Positions 34,879 through 48,961 of a DNA stretch of 64,000 nucleotides are shown here, piece by piece. Below the pieces are notes generated by a model. The model made no database searches. It had not been told where the DNA came from and saw only the letters and a list, made by a program, of their open reading frames with translations. Within the stretch, counting starts at the first letter, position 1. Every line of letters starts with the position of its first letter. A program made the translations under genes and the position numbers. Source of the stretch: Squalus acanthias (Eukaryota); assembly GCA_030390025.1 (NCBI GenBank), contig CM059431.1:157482001-157546000 (forward strand), given 5' to 3'.

Positions 34879-37800
34879 CTAAAGGGGGGAGATGTGTCCG
34901 GATAAATCAGCTTTTATATCGAATGTGAATCAGGTTAATCGCTGATCGCTTTTATTTTCGTCTTCTGTCTCTCGCTCTCCAAAATGATGGAAGTTCCCTC
35001 TGTAATTTCCCACACGGAGCCATTGTTCATGCCTAATTTGACTGTTGAATATTATTATTAAGATAATCTCATCATTCTCATCAGTAGTTAGAAACCTTCC
35101 TTCCCCGCCCCAGACCCGGAGACTTTACAGTATGCTGCGACCGGTAGACACAGCCCGGCTGCCAAAGACTGAGAGGGAGAGAGAGAGAGAGGCCCATTGA
35201 CTGAGATACAAACTTGTCCTGGAGATGGACCGGGGAGAAAGCTCAGAGAGAGTCCCTTTAACTCAGATGCACACTTGTCCTGAGATGAACCGGGAAGAAA
35301 GGTCATAGAGAGTCCCATTGACTCAAATAAATACTTTTCCTGGAGATGGACTGGGGAGAAAAGTCAGAGAGAGTCCCATTGACTGAGATACACACTGGTC
35401 CTGGAGATGGGCTGTGGAGAAAGGTCAGAGATAGATCCATTGACTCAGATAAACACTGGTCCTGGAGATGGACCGGGGAGAAAGGCAAGAGAGTGTCACA
35501 TTGAATCAGATAAACACACTGGTCCTGGAGATGGAACGGGAGAAAGGTCAGAGAGAGTCACATTGACTCAGATACACATTGGTCCTGGAGATGGACCGGG
35601 GAGAAAGGTCAGAGAGAGTCTCAATGACTCAGACACTAACTGGTCCTGCAGATGGACCGGGGGGAAAGGTCAGAGAGAGTCACATTGACTCAGATACACA
35701 TTGGTCCTGGAGATGGACCGGGGAGAAACGTCAGATGAGTCTCAATGACTCAGATACTAACTGGTCCTGCAGATGGACCGGGGAGAAAGGTCAGAGAGAG
35801 TCCTATTGACTGAGATACACACTGGTCCTGGAGATGGACCGGGGAGAAAGGTCAGAGAGAGTGACATTAACTCAGATACACACTGGTCCTGGAGATGGAC
35901 AGGGCAGAACGGACAGAGAGAGAACCATTGACACAGATGAATACTCGTCCTGGAGATGGACTGGAGAGAAAGGTCAGAGAGAGTCCCATTGACTCAGATG
36001 CACACTGGTCCTGGAGATGGACTGGGGAGAAAGGTCAGAGAGTCTCCCATTGACTCAGATAGACACTGGTCCTGGAGATGGTCGGGAGAAAGCTCAGAGA
36101 GAGTCTATTTGACTCAGATACTCACTGGTCCTGGAGGTGCACCTGGGTGAAAAGTCAGAGAAAGTCTCCTTTAAAATTCAGTGGTCCTGGAGATGGATCG
36201 CGAGAAATGTCAGAGAAAGCCCCTTTAACTCAGATGCACACTTGTCCTGAGATGAACCGGGAAGAAAGGTCATAGAGAGTCCCATTGACTCAAATAAACA
36301 CTTTTCCTGGAGATGGACTGGGGAGAAAAGTCAGAGAGAGTCCCATTGACTGAGATACACACTGGTCCTGGAGATGGGCTGTGGAGAAAGGTCAGAGATA
36401 GATCCATTGACTCAGATAAACACTGGTCCTGGAGATGGACCGGGGAGAAAGGCAAGAGAGTGTCACATTGAATCAGATAAACACACTGGTCCTGGAGATG
36501 GAACGGGAGAAAGGTCAGAGAGAGTCACATTGACTCAGATACACATTGGTCCTGGAGATGGACCGGGGAGAAAGGTCAGAGAGAGTCTCAATGACTCAGA
36601 TACTAACTGGTCCTGCAGATGGACCGGGGAGAAAGGTCAGAGAGAGTCACATTGACTCAGATACACATTGGTCCAGGAGCTGGACCGGGGAGAAAGGTCA
36701 GAGAGAGTCGCAATGACTCAGATACTAACTGGTCCTGCAGATGGACCGGGGAGAAAGGTCAGAGAGAGTCCCATTGACTGAGATACACACTGGTCCTGGA
36801 GATGGACCGGGGAGAAAGGTCAGAGAGAGTGACATTAACTCAGATACACACTGGTCCTGGAGATGGACAGGGCAGAACGGACAGAGAGAGACCCATTGAC
36901 ACAGATGAATACTCGTCCTGGAGATGGACTGGAGAGAAAGGTCAGAGAGAGTCCCATTGACTCAGATACACACTGGTCCTGGAGATGGTCCTGGAGGAAA
37001 GGTCAGAGAGAGTCCCATTGACTCTGATAAACACTGGTCCTGGACATGGATTGGGGAGAAAGGTCAGAGAGAGTCCCATTTACTCAGATACACATTGGTC
37101 CTGGAGATGGTCTGGGGAGAAAGCACAGAGAGAGTCTATTTGACTCAGATACACACTGGTCCTGTAGGTGCACCAGGGTGAAAAGTCAGAGAAAGTCTCC
37201 TTTAAAATTCAGTGGTCCTGGAGATGGATCGCGAGAAATGTCAGAGAAAGCCCCTTTAACTCAGATGCACACTGGTACTGAGATGAACCGGGAAGAAACG
37301 TCATAGAGAGTCCCATTTGCTCAAATAAACACTTTTCCTGGAGATGGACTTGGGAGAAAAGTCAGAGAGAGTCCCATTGACTGAGATACACACTGGTCCT
37401 GGTGATGGAACGGTAGACAGGTCAGAGATAGACCCATTGACTCAGATAAACATTGGTCCTGGAGATGGACCGGGGAGAAAGGTCAGAGAGAGTCCCATTG
37501 ACTTTGATAAACACTGGTCCTGGAGATGGATTGGGGAGAAAGGTCAGAGAGACCCATTGACTCAGATACACATTGGTCCTGGAGATGGACTGGGGAGAAA
37601 GTTCAGAGAGTCTCCCATTGACTCAGATATACACTGGTCCTGGAGTAGGTCGGGGGAGAAAAATCAGAGAGAATCTACTTGACTCAGATACACACTGGTC
37701 CTGGAGGTGGACCCGGGTGAAAAGTCAGAGAAAGTCTCCTTTAAAATGCTCTGGTCCTGGAGATGGACCGCGAGTAATGTCAGAGAAAGCCCCTTTAACT

Positions 37801-40800
37801 CAAATGCACACTGGTCCAGAGATGAACCGGGAAGAAAGGTCATGGAGATCCCATTGACTCAGATAAACACTTTTCCTGGAGATGGACTGGAAGAAAATTC
37901 AGAGAGAGTCCCATTGACTGAGATACACACCGGTCCTGGAGATGGGCTGGGGAGAAAGGTCAGCGAGAGTCCCATTGACTCAGATGAACATTGGTCCTGG
38001 AGATGGACCGGGGAGCAGGTCAGAGAGATTCCCATTGACTCAATTACACACTGGTCCTGGAGATGGACCGGGGAGAAAGGTCACAGAGGGGTCCCATTGA
38101 CTCAGATACAAACTGGCCCTGGAGGTGGATCGGAGAGAAAGGTCAGAGAGAGTCCCATTGACTGAGATACACACTGGTCCTGGAGATGGACCTGGGAGAA
38201 ATGTCAGAGAGAGTCCCACTGACTCAGATACACACTGGTCCTGCAGATGGACAGGGCAGAAAGGACAGAGAGAGTCCCATTGACACAGATTAACACTGGT
38301 CCTGGAGATGGTCCCGGGGGAATGCTCAGAGAGAGTCCCATTGACTCAGATATACACTGGTCCTGGAGATGGATTGGGCAGAAAGGTCAGAGCGAGTCCC
38401 ATTGACTCAGATAAACACCGGCCCTGGAGATGGACTGCGGAGAAAGGTCAGAGAAACCCATTGACTCAGAGACACATTGATCCTGGAGATGGACTGGGGA
38501 GATAGGACAGACAGAGTCCCATTGACTCAGATACACACTGGTCCTGGAGATGGTCCTGGGAGAATGGTCAGAGAGAGTCCCATTGTCACAGATGGACACT
38601 GGTCCTGGAGATGGACAGGGGAGAAAGGTCAGAGATTGTCCCATTTACTCAGATACACACTGGTCCTGGAGATGGACCGGTGAGAAAGGTCACAGAGAGT
38701 CCCATTGACTCGGATACACACTGGTCCTGGAGATGGACCGGGGAGAAAGTTCTGAGAGAGTCCCATTGACACAGATACACACTGGACCTTGTGATGGACA
38801 GGGGAGAAAGGTCAGAGAGAGTCCCATTGACTCAGATACACACTGGTCCTGGAGATGGATTGGGGAGAAAGGTCAGAGAGAGTCCCATTGACTCAGATAC
38901 ACACTGGTCCTGGAGTTGGTCCTGGGAGAATGGTCAGAGAGAGTCCCATTGTCACAGATGGACACTTGTACTGGAGATGGACAGGGCAGAAAGGTCAGAG
39001 AGAGTCCCATTGACTCAGATGAACACTGGCCCTGGAGATGGACTGGGGAGAAAGGTCAGAGAGAGTCCCATTGACTGAGATACACACTGGTCCTGGATAT
39101 GGTCCTGGGAGAATGGTCAGAGAGAGTCCCATTGTCACAGATGGACCCTGGTCCTGGAGATGGACAGGGGAGATAGGTCAGAAATTGTCCCATTGACTCA
39201 GATACACACTGGTCCTGGATATGCAACGAGTAGAAAAATCAGAGAGAGTCCCATTGACTCAGATAAACACCGGCCCTGGAGATGGACTGCGGAGAAAGGT
39301 CAGAGAAACCCATTGACTCAGAGACACATTGATCCTGGAGATGGACTGGGGAGATAGGACAGACAGAGTCCCATTGACTCAGATACACACTGGTCCTGGA
39401 GATGGTCCTGGGAGAATGGTCAGAGACAGTCCCATTGTCACAGATGGACACTGGTCCTGGAGATGGACAGGGGAGAAAGGTCAGAGATTGTCCCATTTAC
39501 TCAGATACACACTGGTCCTGGAGATGGACCGGTGAGAAAGGTCACAGAGGGAACCCATTGACTCAGATACAAACTGGCCCTGGAGGTGGATCGGAGAGAA
39601 AGGTCAGAGAGAGTCCCATTGACTGAGATACACACTGGTCCTGGAGATGGACCTGGGAGAAATGTCAGAGAGAGTCCCACTGACTCAGATACACACTGGT
39701 CCTGCAGATGGACAGGGCAGAAAGGACAGAGAGAGTCCCATTGACACAGATTAACACTGGTCCTGGAGATGGTCCCGGGGGAATGCTCAGAGAGAGTCCC
39801 ATTGACTCAGATATACACTGGTCCTGGAGATGGATTGGGCAGAAAGGTCAGAGCGAGTCCCATTGACTCAGATAAACACCGGCCCTGGAGATGGACTGCG
39901 GAGAAAGGTCAGAGAAACCCATTGACTCAGAGACACATTGATCCTGGAGATGGACTGGGGAGATAGGACAGACAGAGTCCCATTGACTCAGATACACACT
40001 GGTCCTGGAGATGGTCCTGGGAGAATGGTCAGAGAGAGTCCCATTGTCACAGATGGACACTGGTCCTGGAGATGGACAGGGGAGAAAGGTCAGAGATTGT
40101 CCCATTTACTCAGATACACACTGGTCCGGGAGATGGACCGGTGAGAAAGGTCACAGAGAGTCCCATTGACTCGGATACACACTGGTCCTGGAGATGGACC
40201 GGGGAGAAAGTTCTGAGAGAGTCCCATTGACACAGATACACACTGGACCTTGTGATGGACAGGGGAGAAAGGTCAGAGAGAGTCCCATTGACTCAAATAC
40301 ACACTGGTCCTGGAGATGGATTGGGGAGAAAGGTCAGAGAGAGTCCCATTGACTCAGATACACACTGGTCCTGGAGTTGGTCCTGGGAGAATGGTCAGAG
40401 AGAGTCCCATTGTCACAGATGGACACTTGTACTGGAGATGGACAGGGCAGAAAGGTCAGAGAGAGTCCCATTGACTCAGATGAACACTGGCCCTGGAGAT
40501 GGACTGGGGAGAAAGGTCAGAGAGAGTCCCATTGACTGAGATACACACTGGTCCTGGATATGGTCCTGGGAGAATGGTCAGAGAGAGTCCCATTGTCACA
40601 GATGGACCCTGGTCCTGGAGATGGACAGGGGAGATAGGTCAGAAATTGTCCCATTGACTCAGATACACACTGGTCCTGGATATGCAACGAGTAGAAAAAT
40701 CAGAGAGAGTCCCATTGACTCAGATAAACACCGGCCCTGGAGATGGACTGCGGAGAAAGGTCAGAGAAACCCATTGACTCAGAGACACATTGATCCTGGA

Positions 40801-43800
40801 GATGGACTGGGGAGATAGGACAGACAGAGTCCCATTGACTCAGATACACACTGGTCCTGGAGATGGTCCTGGGAGAATGGTCAGAGACAGTCCCATTGTC
40901 ACAGATGGACACTGGTCCTGGAGATGGACAGGGGAGAAAGGTCAGAGATTGTCCCATTTACTCAGATACACACTGGTCCTGGAGATGGACCGGTGAGAAA
41001 GGTCACAGAGGGGTCCCATTGACTCAGATACAAACTGGCCCTGGAGGTGGATCGGAGAGAAAGGTCAGAGAGAGTCCCATTGACTGAGATACACACTGGT
41101 CCTGGAGATGGACCTGGGAGAAATGTCAGAGAGAGTCCCACTGACTCAGATACACACTGGTCCTGCAGATGGACAGGGCAGAAAGGACAGAGAGAGTCCA
41201 TTGACACAGATTAACACTGGTCCTGGAGATGGTCCCGGGGGAATGCTCAGAGAGAGTCCCATTGACTCAGATATACACTGGTCCTGGAGATGGATTGGGC
41301 AGAAAGGTCAGAGCGAGTCCCATTGACTCAGATAAACACCGGCCCTGGAGATGGACTGCGGAGAAAGGTCAGAGAAACCCATTGACTCAGAGACACATTG
41401 ATCCTGGAGATGGACTGGGGAGATAGGACAGACAGAGTCCCATTGACTCAGATACACACTGGTCCTGGAGATGGTCCTGGGAGAATGGTCAGAGAGAGTC
41501 CCATTGTCACAGATGGACACTGGTCCTGGAGATGGACAGGGGAGAAAGGTCAGAGATTGTCCCATTTACTCAGATACACACTGGTCCTGGAGATGGACCG
41601 GTGAGAAAGGTCACAGAGAGTCCCATTGACTCGGATACACACTGGTCCTGGAGATGGACCGGGGAGAAAGTTCTGAGAGAGTCCCATTGACACAGATACA
41701 CACTGGACCTTGTGATGGACAGGGGAGAAAGGTCAGAGAGAGTCCCATTGACTCAGATACACACTGGTCCTGGAGATGGATTGGGGAGAAAGGTCAGAGA
41801 GAGTCCCATTGACTCAGATACACACTGGTCCTGGAGTTGGTCCTGGGAGAATGGTCAGAGAGAGTCCCATTGTCACAGATGGACACTTGTACTAGAGATG
41901 GACAGGGCAGAAAGGTCAGAGAGAGTCCCATTGACTCAGATGAACACTGGCCCTGGAGATGGACTGGGGAGAAAGGTCAGAGAGAGTCCCATTGACTGAG
42001 ATACACACTGGTCCTGGATATGGTCCTGGGAGAATGGTCAGAGAGAGTCCCATTGTCACAGATGGACCCTGGTCCTGGAGATGGACAGGGGAGATAGGTC
42101 AGAAATTGTCCCATTGACTCAGATACACACTGGTCCTGGATATGCAACGAGTAGAAAAATCAGAGTGAGTCCCATTGACTCAGATACACACTGGTTCTGG
42201 AGATGGACTGGGGAGAAAGATTAGAGTGAGTGCCATTGACTCAGATACATAATTGTCCTGGAGATGGACGGGGGCGAAAGATCAGAGACATTCTCTTTGA
42301 CTGAGATAGACAATGGTCCTGGAGATGGACCGGGGAGAAATGTCAGAGAGAGTCCCATTGACTCAGATACACACTGGTCCTGGAGATTGGCCGGGGAGAA
42401 AGGTCAGAGAGAGTCCCATTGATTCGGATGCACACTGGTTCTGGAGATAGACAGGGGAAAATGTCAGAGAGAGTCCCATTGACTCAGATAAACACTTTAC
42501 CTGGAGATGGACTGCGGAGAAAGGTCAGAGTGATTCCCAGTAAGTCAGATGCAAACTGGTCCTGGAGATGAACCGGGTAGAAATGACACAGAGAGTCCCA
42601 TTAACCTGGCTACACACTGGTCCCTGAAATGGTCCATGGAGAAAGGTCAGAGAGAGTCCCATTGACTCAGATACACGCTGATCCTGGAGATGGACAGGGG
42701 AGAAAGGTCAGAGAGAGTCCGATTGACTGAGATACACACTGGTCCTGGAGATGGAACGGGGAGAAAGGTCAGAGAGAGTCCCATTGACTCAGATACACAC
42801 TGGTCCTGGAGATGGACAGGGCAGAAAGGACAGAGAGAGTCCCATTGACACTGATGAACACTGGTCCTGGAGATGGACTGGGGAGAAATGTCAGAGAGAG
42901 TCCCATTGACTCAGATACACACTAGTCCTGGATATGGTCCCGGGGGAATGGTCAGAGAGAGTCCCATTGACTCAGATATACACTGGTCCTGGATATGGAT
43001 TGGGGAGAAAGGTCAGAGAGAGTCCCATTGACTCAGATGCACAATGGTCCTGGAGATGGTCCTGGGAGAATGGTCAGAGAGAGTCCCATTGTCACAGATG
43101 GACACCGGCCCTGGAGATGGACTGCGGAGAAAGGTCAGAGAAACCCATTGACTCAGAGACACATTGATCCTGGAGATGGACTGGGGAGAAAGGTCAGACA
43201 GATTCCCCTTGACTCAGATACACACTGGTCCTGGATATGGTCCTGGGAGAATGGTCAGAGAGAGCTCCATTGTCACAGATGGACTCTGGTGCTGGAGATG
43301 GACAGAGGAGAAAGGTCAGAGTGAGTCCCATTTGACTCAGATACACACTGGTCCTGGAGATGGACCGGGGAGAAAGGTCAGAGAGAGTCCCATTTACGCA
43401 GAAACACACTGGTCCTGGAGATGGACGGGGGGAAATGTCAGAGAGAGTCCCATTGACTCGGATGCACACTGGTTCTGAAGATAGACTGGGGCCAATGTCA
43501 GAGAGAGACCCATTGACTCAGATAAACACTTTACCTGGAGATGGACTGCGGAGAAACGTCAGAGAGATTCCCATTGAGTCAGATGCAAACTGGTCCTGGA
43601 GATGAACCGTATAGAAATGTTACAGAGAGTCCCATTAACCTGGCTACACACTGGTCCCTGAGATAGACCGTGGAGAAAGGTCAGAGAGAGTCCCATTGAC
43701 TCAGATACACGCTGGTCCTGGAGATGGACAGGGGGGAAAGGTCCCAGAGAGTTCCATTGACACAGATGGACACTGGTACTGGAGTTGGACCGGGTAGAAA

Positions 43801-46800
43801 TATCAGAGAGCATCCCATTGACTCAGATACACACTGGTCCCGGAGATGGACCGGGACGAAAGATCAGAGGGATTCTTGTTGACTGAGATACACAATGGTC
43901 CTGGAGATCGACCGGGGAGAAAGGTCAGAGAAAGACCCATTGACTCAGATTCAAACTGGTCCTGGAGATGGACGGGGAGAAACGTCAGAGAGAGGCCCAT
44001 TGACTCAGATTCACACTGGTTCTGGAGATAGACCGGGGAGAAAGGTCAGAGCGAGTCCCATTGACTCAGATGCACACTGGTCCTGAAGATGGACTGCGGA
44101 GAAAGGTCAGAGAGAGTCCCATTGACTCAGATACATACTTGTCCTGGAGATGGACTGGGGAGAAAGTTCAGACAGAGTCCCATTGAGTCAGATGCACACT
44201 GGTCCTGGAGATGAACCGTGTAGAAACGTCACAGAGAGTCCCATTAACTCGGCTGCACACTGATCCGGGAGATGGATCGTAGAGAAAGTTCAGAGAGAGT
44301 TTCATTGTCTCAGATAAATACTAGTCCAGGAGATGGACCGGGGAGAAAGGTCAGAGAGAGTCCCATTAACTCGGCTACACACTGGTCCCGGAGATGGACC
44401 GTGGAGAAATTTCAGTGAGAGTTCCATTGAGTCAGATAAATACTAGTCCTGGAGATGGACCGGGGGAAATATGATAGAGAGTCCCATTGACTCAGATACA
44501 TACTGGTCATGGAGATGGACTGAGGCGAAATTTAAGAGAAACTGCCATTGACTGAGATACACTTCGGTTCTGTGGACAATACACAAAGGTTACTGGGTAA
44601 GGCAGGGAATGCTGAGAATGAGACTGGGAGAGTCTGACCAGCGAGCACAATTATCCAATATGAGGCCGTGCAATGAAATGTGAAGTGAGATCAGTTTCTG
44701 TCTCTAAGCACACAGTCACAAGTGAGTATTTTGTGTATTTTAGAGTAAAGGGATTTGATCGAAGTGGTGACTTCAGTCTGAGGCAGAACCCAGCAGATAC
44801 TAACTGTCTGCCCGCCCCCAGCACCAACTCGGAAATAACCGAGCATAATTTCAATGTTATAATGCGAGTTAAGATAGGACCAGACATTCAAACATATTTC
44901 AGATCCAACTCTCAAAATAAATAATCTTATAATGCTGAACTGGTCGCTGGGTTTTACAAAAAGTAATTTGCTCTCAGTGAATCTATTGCTGGATTTAACA
45001 TTTGCAGTTGAAATAAAAGTTTCATTTCAACATAAACTGTTGACAAAATGACACGCAAATCTTATATTTTAATTAAGATTCATAAACTTACTTCCAATTG
45101 ATTTTTTTGTATGTTGTGTTGGAATAAAGGTTCTCGTTGATCACCTTATCATTTTCCCAGCCTCGGGAGCTTTTTTAAAACTGAGAGCGATGTTTGCTCA
45201 AACAGTTTCTAGATTAATTTCCCTGCTCGTTCAACACAATCACCTGATTGTTGTGGGGACCTTCCTTCAGCAGGAAATAAAAACACCGTGTCTCAGCCCA
45301 TTAAAGACTGACTGGAGTTTCCAGAATTGTCCTTTTCTAAATGTTGCAGCTTATCAGATGTACAAAGGTGACTATCAGATATTTCACCATCGAATTCGGT
45401 ATTGTGTAATTTAACTGACCAGTTTTAACAGTAACAGATTTAGATGATTTGAGACAAGCTGATTTTCCGATGAAACGGGGCCTATTTCTAACAATGACTA
45501 TTATATTCATGTACTTGTGTAGGTGCAGCGTTAATTAATGTGCTGTACAGCGGGAACTGCCAATGGATTCAGTAAATCCGCAGTGTCAGGTCTGGCGGTA
45601 TAAAAAATTCCATGATTGGAATCTGAGCTTCAAGGTTAGAAACACTGGCTGAATGTTCAGGGTTAATGATCTTAACTAAACTCCGAACATGTGATGTTGG
45701 TTTTGTTATTTCCGTGTTCAGTTATTGCGGTGAGTGATTTCCTCTGTTGCCAAGGTAACAAACTGTCAGATCTCAGTACAAGAGGCCTTGGCTCCAATTT
45801 ATATCGAAAAACCGGAAACATTCAGTGTGAACTCCTGTCTCTGTATTTGGTAGTCCAAGAGTGGAAACATCTTCTGGGTAGAAGGAATACGTTTTAATGC
45901 ATTGTCTATACCAGTAAAGTAAGATTATTTTATGATAAGCGGCACAAATACTGTTGGCCAAACTAAACTCCTCTCACTTTTATATTCTGTTCCACATCAG
46001 ACATCATAGTTCCAGTGTAATCTCACTCAATACTGATGGGAGATGAGCAGCTGGTTATATTTATTTTAAAAAACACCTTATTCAAATTAAAACTGATTAG
46101 AGAGAGCATTCATTAAAATGTTTGTTCATGTTGGTTCCAGATAATTAACACATGAAAGCAGTATCGGATAGCACAAGACCACAGACTGGTAGGAACAAAA
46201 AGAGCCCATGCAGCCCCTCGATCCACTTCCTCCAACAATTTGCCGGGAGTTGGCAGAGCAGCCGTGCTCTCTCACGCAGGCGCAGTGCCGCACCCTTGCT
46301 CATCCGGGGATGACCAGTGGGCGAGGTTTGCTGTGTGTCGGGCCGCGCGGGCCAGTGTGTGAGTGACGGTAAGAAACAGGATCGTTCCCCGGATTACAGG
46401 GCCGCGCTCTGTGACTGAGGGAACTCGGCACCATTAAGTACACGGCCTGACAGCGCGGCTGCTCAGCCCAGAGTTTAGATCACAGCGAGCGAGGGAGTGG
46501 CTTCACAGTATCACAGCACCGGTATGTAACTCAGTACACTCAGTCCTCCAGTGAGATCAGACAGTGTGAAACCCGGGGAAGCTGTGCCCAGTGAGATCAG
46601 ACAGTGTGTAACCCGCGGAGGACGGGCCCAGTCTGATCAGACAGTGTGAAACGCGGGGAGGATGTGCTCAGTGAGTACAGACAGTGTGAAACCCGGGGAG
46701 GATGGATCCAGTGAGATCAGACAATGTGTGCAAACCGAGGAGAATGGGTCCAGTGAGATCAGACAGTGTGTTACCCGGAGAGGTTGGGTCCAGTGAGATC

Positions 46801-48961
46801 AGACAGTGTTTAATCCGAGGAGGATGGGTCCTGTGAGAGCAGACAGTGTGTAACGTGGGGAATTTGGACCCAGTGAGATCAGACTGTGTGTAACCCGGAA
46901 TGGATGGGCCCAGTGAGATCAGACTGTGTGTAACCCGAGGAGGATGGGTCCTGTGAGAGCATATATTGTGTAACCCGGGGAGGGTGGGCTAAGTAAGATC
47001 AGACTTAGTGTAAGTCGGGAGGATGGGGCCCAATGAGACCAGAAAGTGTGTATCCGGGGGACATTCGGTCCAGTGAGATCAGACAGTGGATAACCCTGGG
47101 AGGATAGGCACAGTGAAATCAGGCAGTGTGTGACCCGGGCAGGGTGGGCCCAGTGAAATCAGAATGTGTTTAACCCCGGGGAGGTTGGGCCCAGTGAGAT
47201 CAGACAGTGTTTAACCCGGGGAGGATAGGCCCAGTGAGATCAGACAGTGTTTAACCCGCGGAAGATGGGCCCAGTTAATCAGACAGTGTGTAACCCGGGT
47301 AGGAAGGGCCCAGTGAGATCAGAGAGTGTGTAACACGGGGAGGATGGGCCCAAAGAGATCAGACAGTGTGGAACCCGGGGAGGATGTGCCCAGTGAGATC
47401 AGACAGCTTGTAACACGGAGAGGATGTGCCCAGTGAGATCAGACAGTGTGCAACCTGGGAGGATGGCCCAGTGAGATCGGAGAGTTTGTTACCAGGGGAG
47501 GATGGGCCCAGTGAGATCGCACAGTGTGTAGCTGGGGGAGGATGGGACCCGTGAGATCAGACAGTGTGTAACCCGGGAAGGATGGGCCCAGTGAGGGTCA
47601 GACAGTGTGTAAGCCCGAGAGGATGGGCCCAGTGAAATCAGAAAGTGTGTAACCCGGGGAGGTTGGGGCCTGTGAGATCAGAGAGTTTTTAACCTGGGGA
47701 GCATTGCCCCAGTGAGATCAAACAATGTGTAACCCGGGGAGGATGCGTCCTGTGTGATGAGAAAGTGTGTAACCCGGGGAGAATGGGCCAATGTGATCAG
47801 ACAGTGTGTAACCCGGGGAGGATGGGCCAATGTGATGAGAAAGTGTGTAACCCGGGGAGGATGGGCCCAGTGAGATCAGACAGTGTGTAACACGGTATGG
47901 ATAGGCCGAGTGAAATGAGACAGTGTGTAACCCGAGGCGGATAGGTCCTGTGAGAGCAGACAGTGTGTAACCCGGAGAGGACGGGCCCAGTGATATCAGA
48001 CAGTGTGTAACCCGGGGAGAATGGACCAACTGATATCAGACAGTGTATAACCCGGGGAAGGTGGGCCCAGTGAGATCACACAATTTTTCACCCGGGGAGG
48101 TTGGCCCAGTGAGATCAGACAGTGTTTAACCCGTGATGGATGGGCCAAGTGAGATGAGACAGTGTGTAACCCGGGGAGGATGGCCCCGTGAGATCACACA
48201 GTTTGTAACCAGGGGAGGTTAGTTCCAGTGAGATTAGGCAGTGGATAACACAAGGAGGATGAGCTTTGTGAGAGCAGACAGTGTGTAATCCTGGGAGCAT
48301 GGGCCCAGTGAGTGCAAACAGTTTATAACACGGGGAGGATGGGCCCAGTGAGAGGAGACAGTGTATAATCCTGGGAGGATGAGCTCAGTGAAAGCAAACA
48401 GTTTGTATTCCTGTGAGGATGGTCCCAGTGAGATGAGACAGTGTGTAAACCTGGGACGATGGTCCCAGTGAGATCAAACAGTGTGTAACCTGGGGAAGAT
48501 GGGCCCAACGAGATCAGATAATGGATAACCCTTAGAGGATGGGCCCAGTGAGATCTGACAGTGTGTAACCCGGGGAGGATGTGCCCAGTGAGATCAGACA
48601 GTGTGTAACCCCGGAAGGAACGCCCAGTGAGATCGGACAGTTTGTTACCAGGGGAGTACGGGCCCAGAGAGATCAAACAGTGTGTAAAACGCGGAGGATG
48701 GGCCCCCTGAGATCTGACAGTGTTTAGCTCGAGCAGGATGGGCCCAGTGCGATCAGACAGTGTTTAAACCGGGGAGGATGGGCCCAGTGAGTTCAGACAG
48801 TGTGTAAGCCGGGGAGGAAGGGCCCAGTGAGATCGGACAGTGTGTAAACCGGGAGGATGGGCCGAGTGAGCTCAGACAGTGTTTAGCTCGAGGAGCATGG
48901 AACCAGTGAGATCAGACAGTGTGTAACCCGGGGAGGATGGGCCCAGTGAGATCAGACAGTG

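Larger units (their letters stand above)
29759..35700. repeat. Recent 2338-bp tandem triplication (29759-32096, 32097-34434, 34435 onward, diverging after about 35.7 kb)
   Basis: Identical ORF-track entries at offsets of exactly 2338; junction cccAT|ctggacgcacgtg. Confidence 0.97.
30505..44565. repeat. 61-bp satellite array (about 200 monomers in blocks 30505-32096, 32843-34434, 35181-44565)
   Basis: Consensus cattgactcagatacacactggtcctggagatggaccggggagaaaggtcagagagagtcc. Confidence 0.97.

Noticed and set aside
30412..44086. Dozens of short ORFs (TQIHTGPGDG..., SDTHWSWRW...) superficially like zinc-finger linkers
   Set aside because: Translations of the 61-bp satellite; no C2H2 spacing; frequent stops
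30505..44565. Hammerhead ribozyme in the satellite monomer (ctggaga...gaaa...gtc)
   Set aside because: Core is CTGGAGA rather than CTGANGA and no stem II can form
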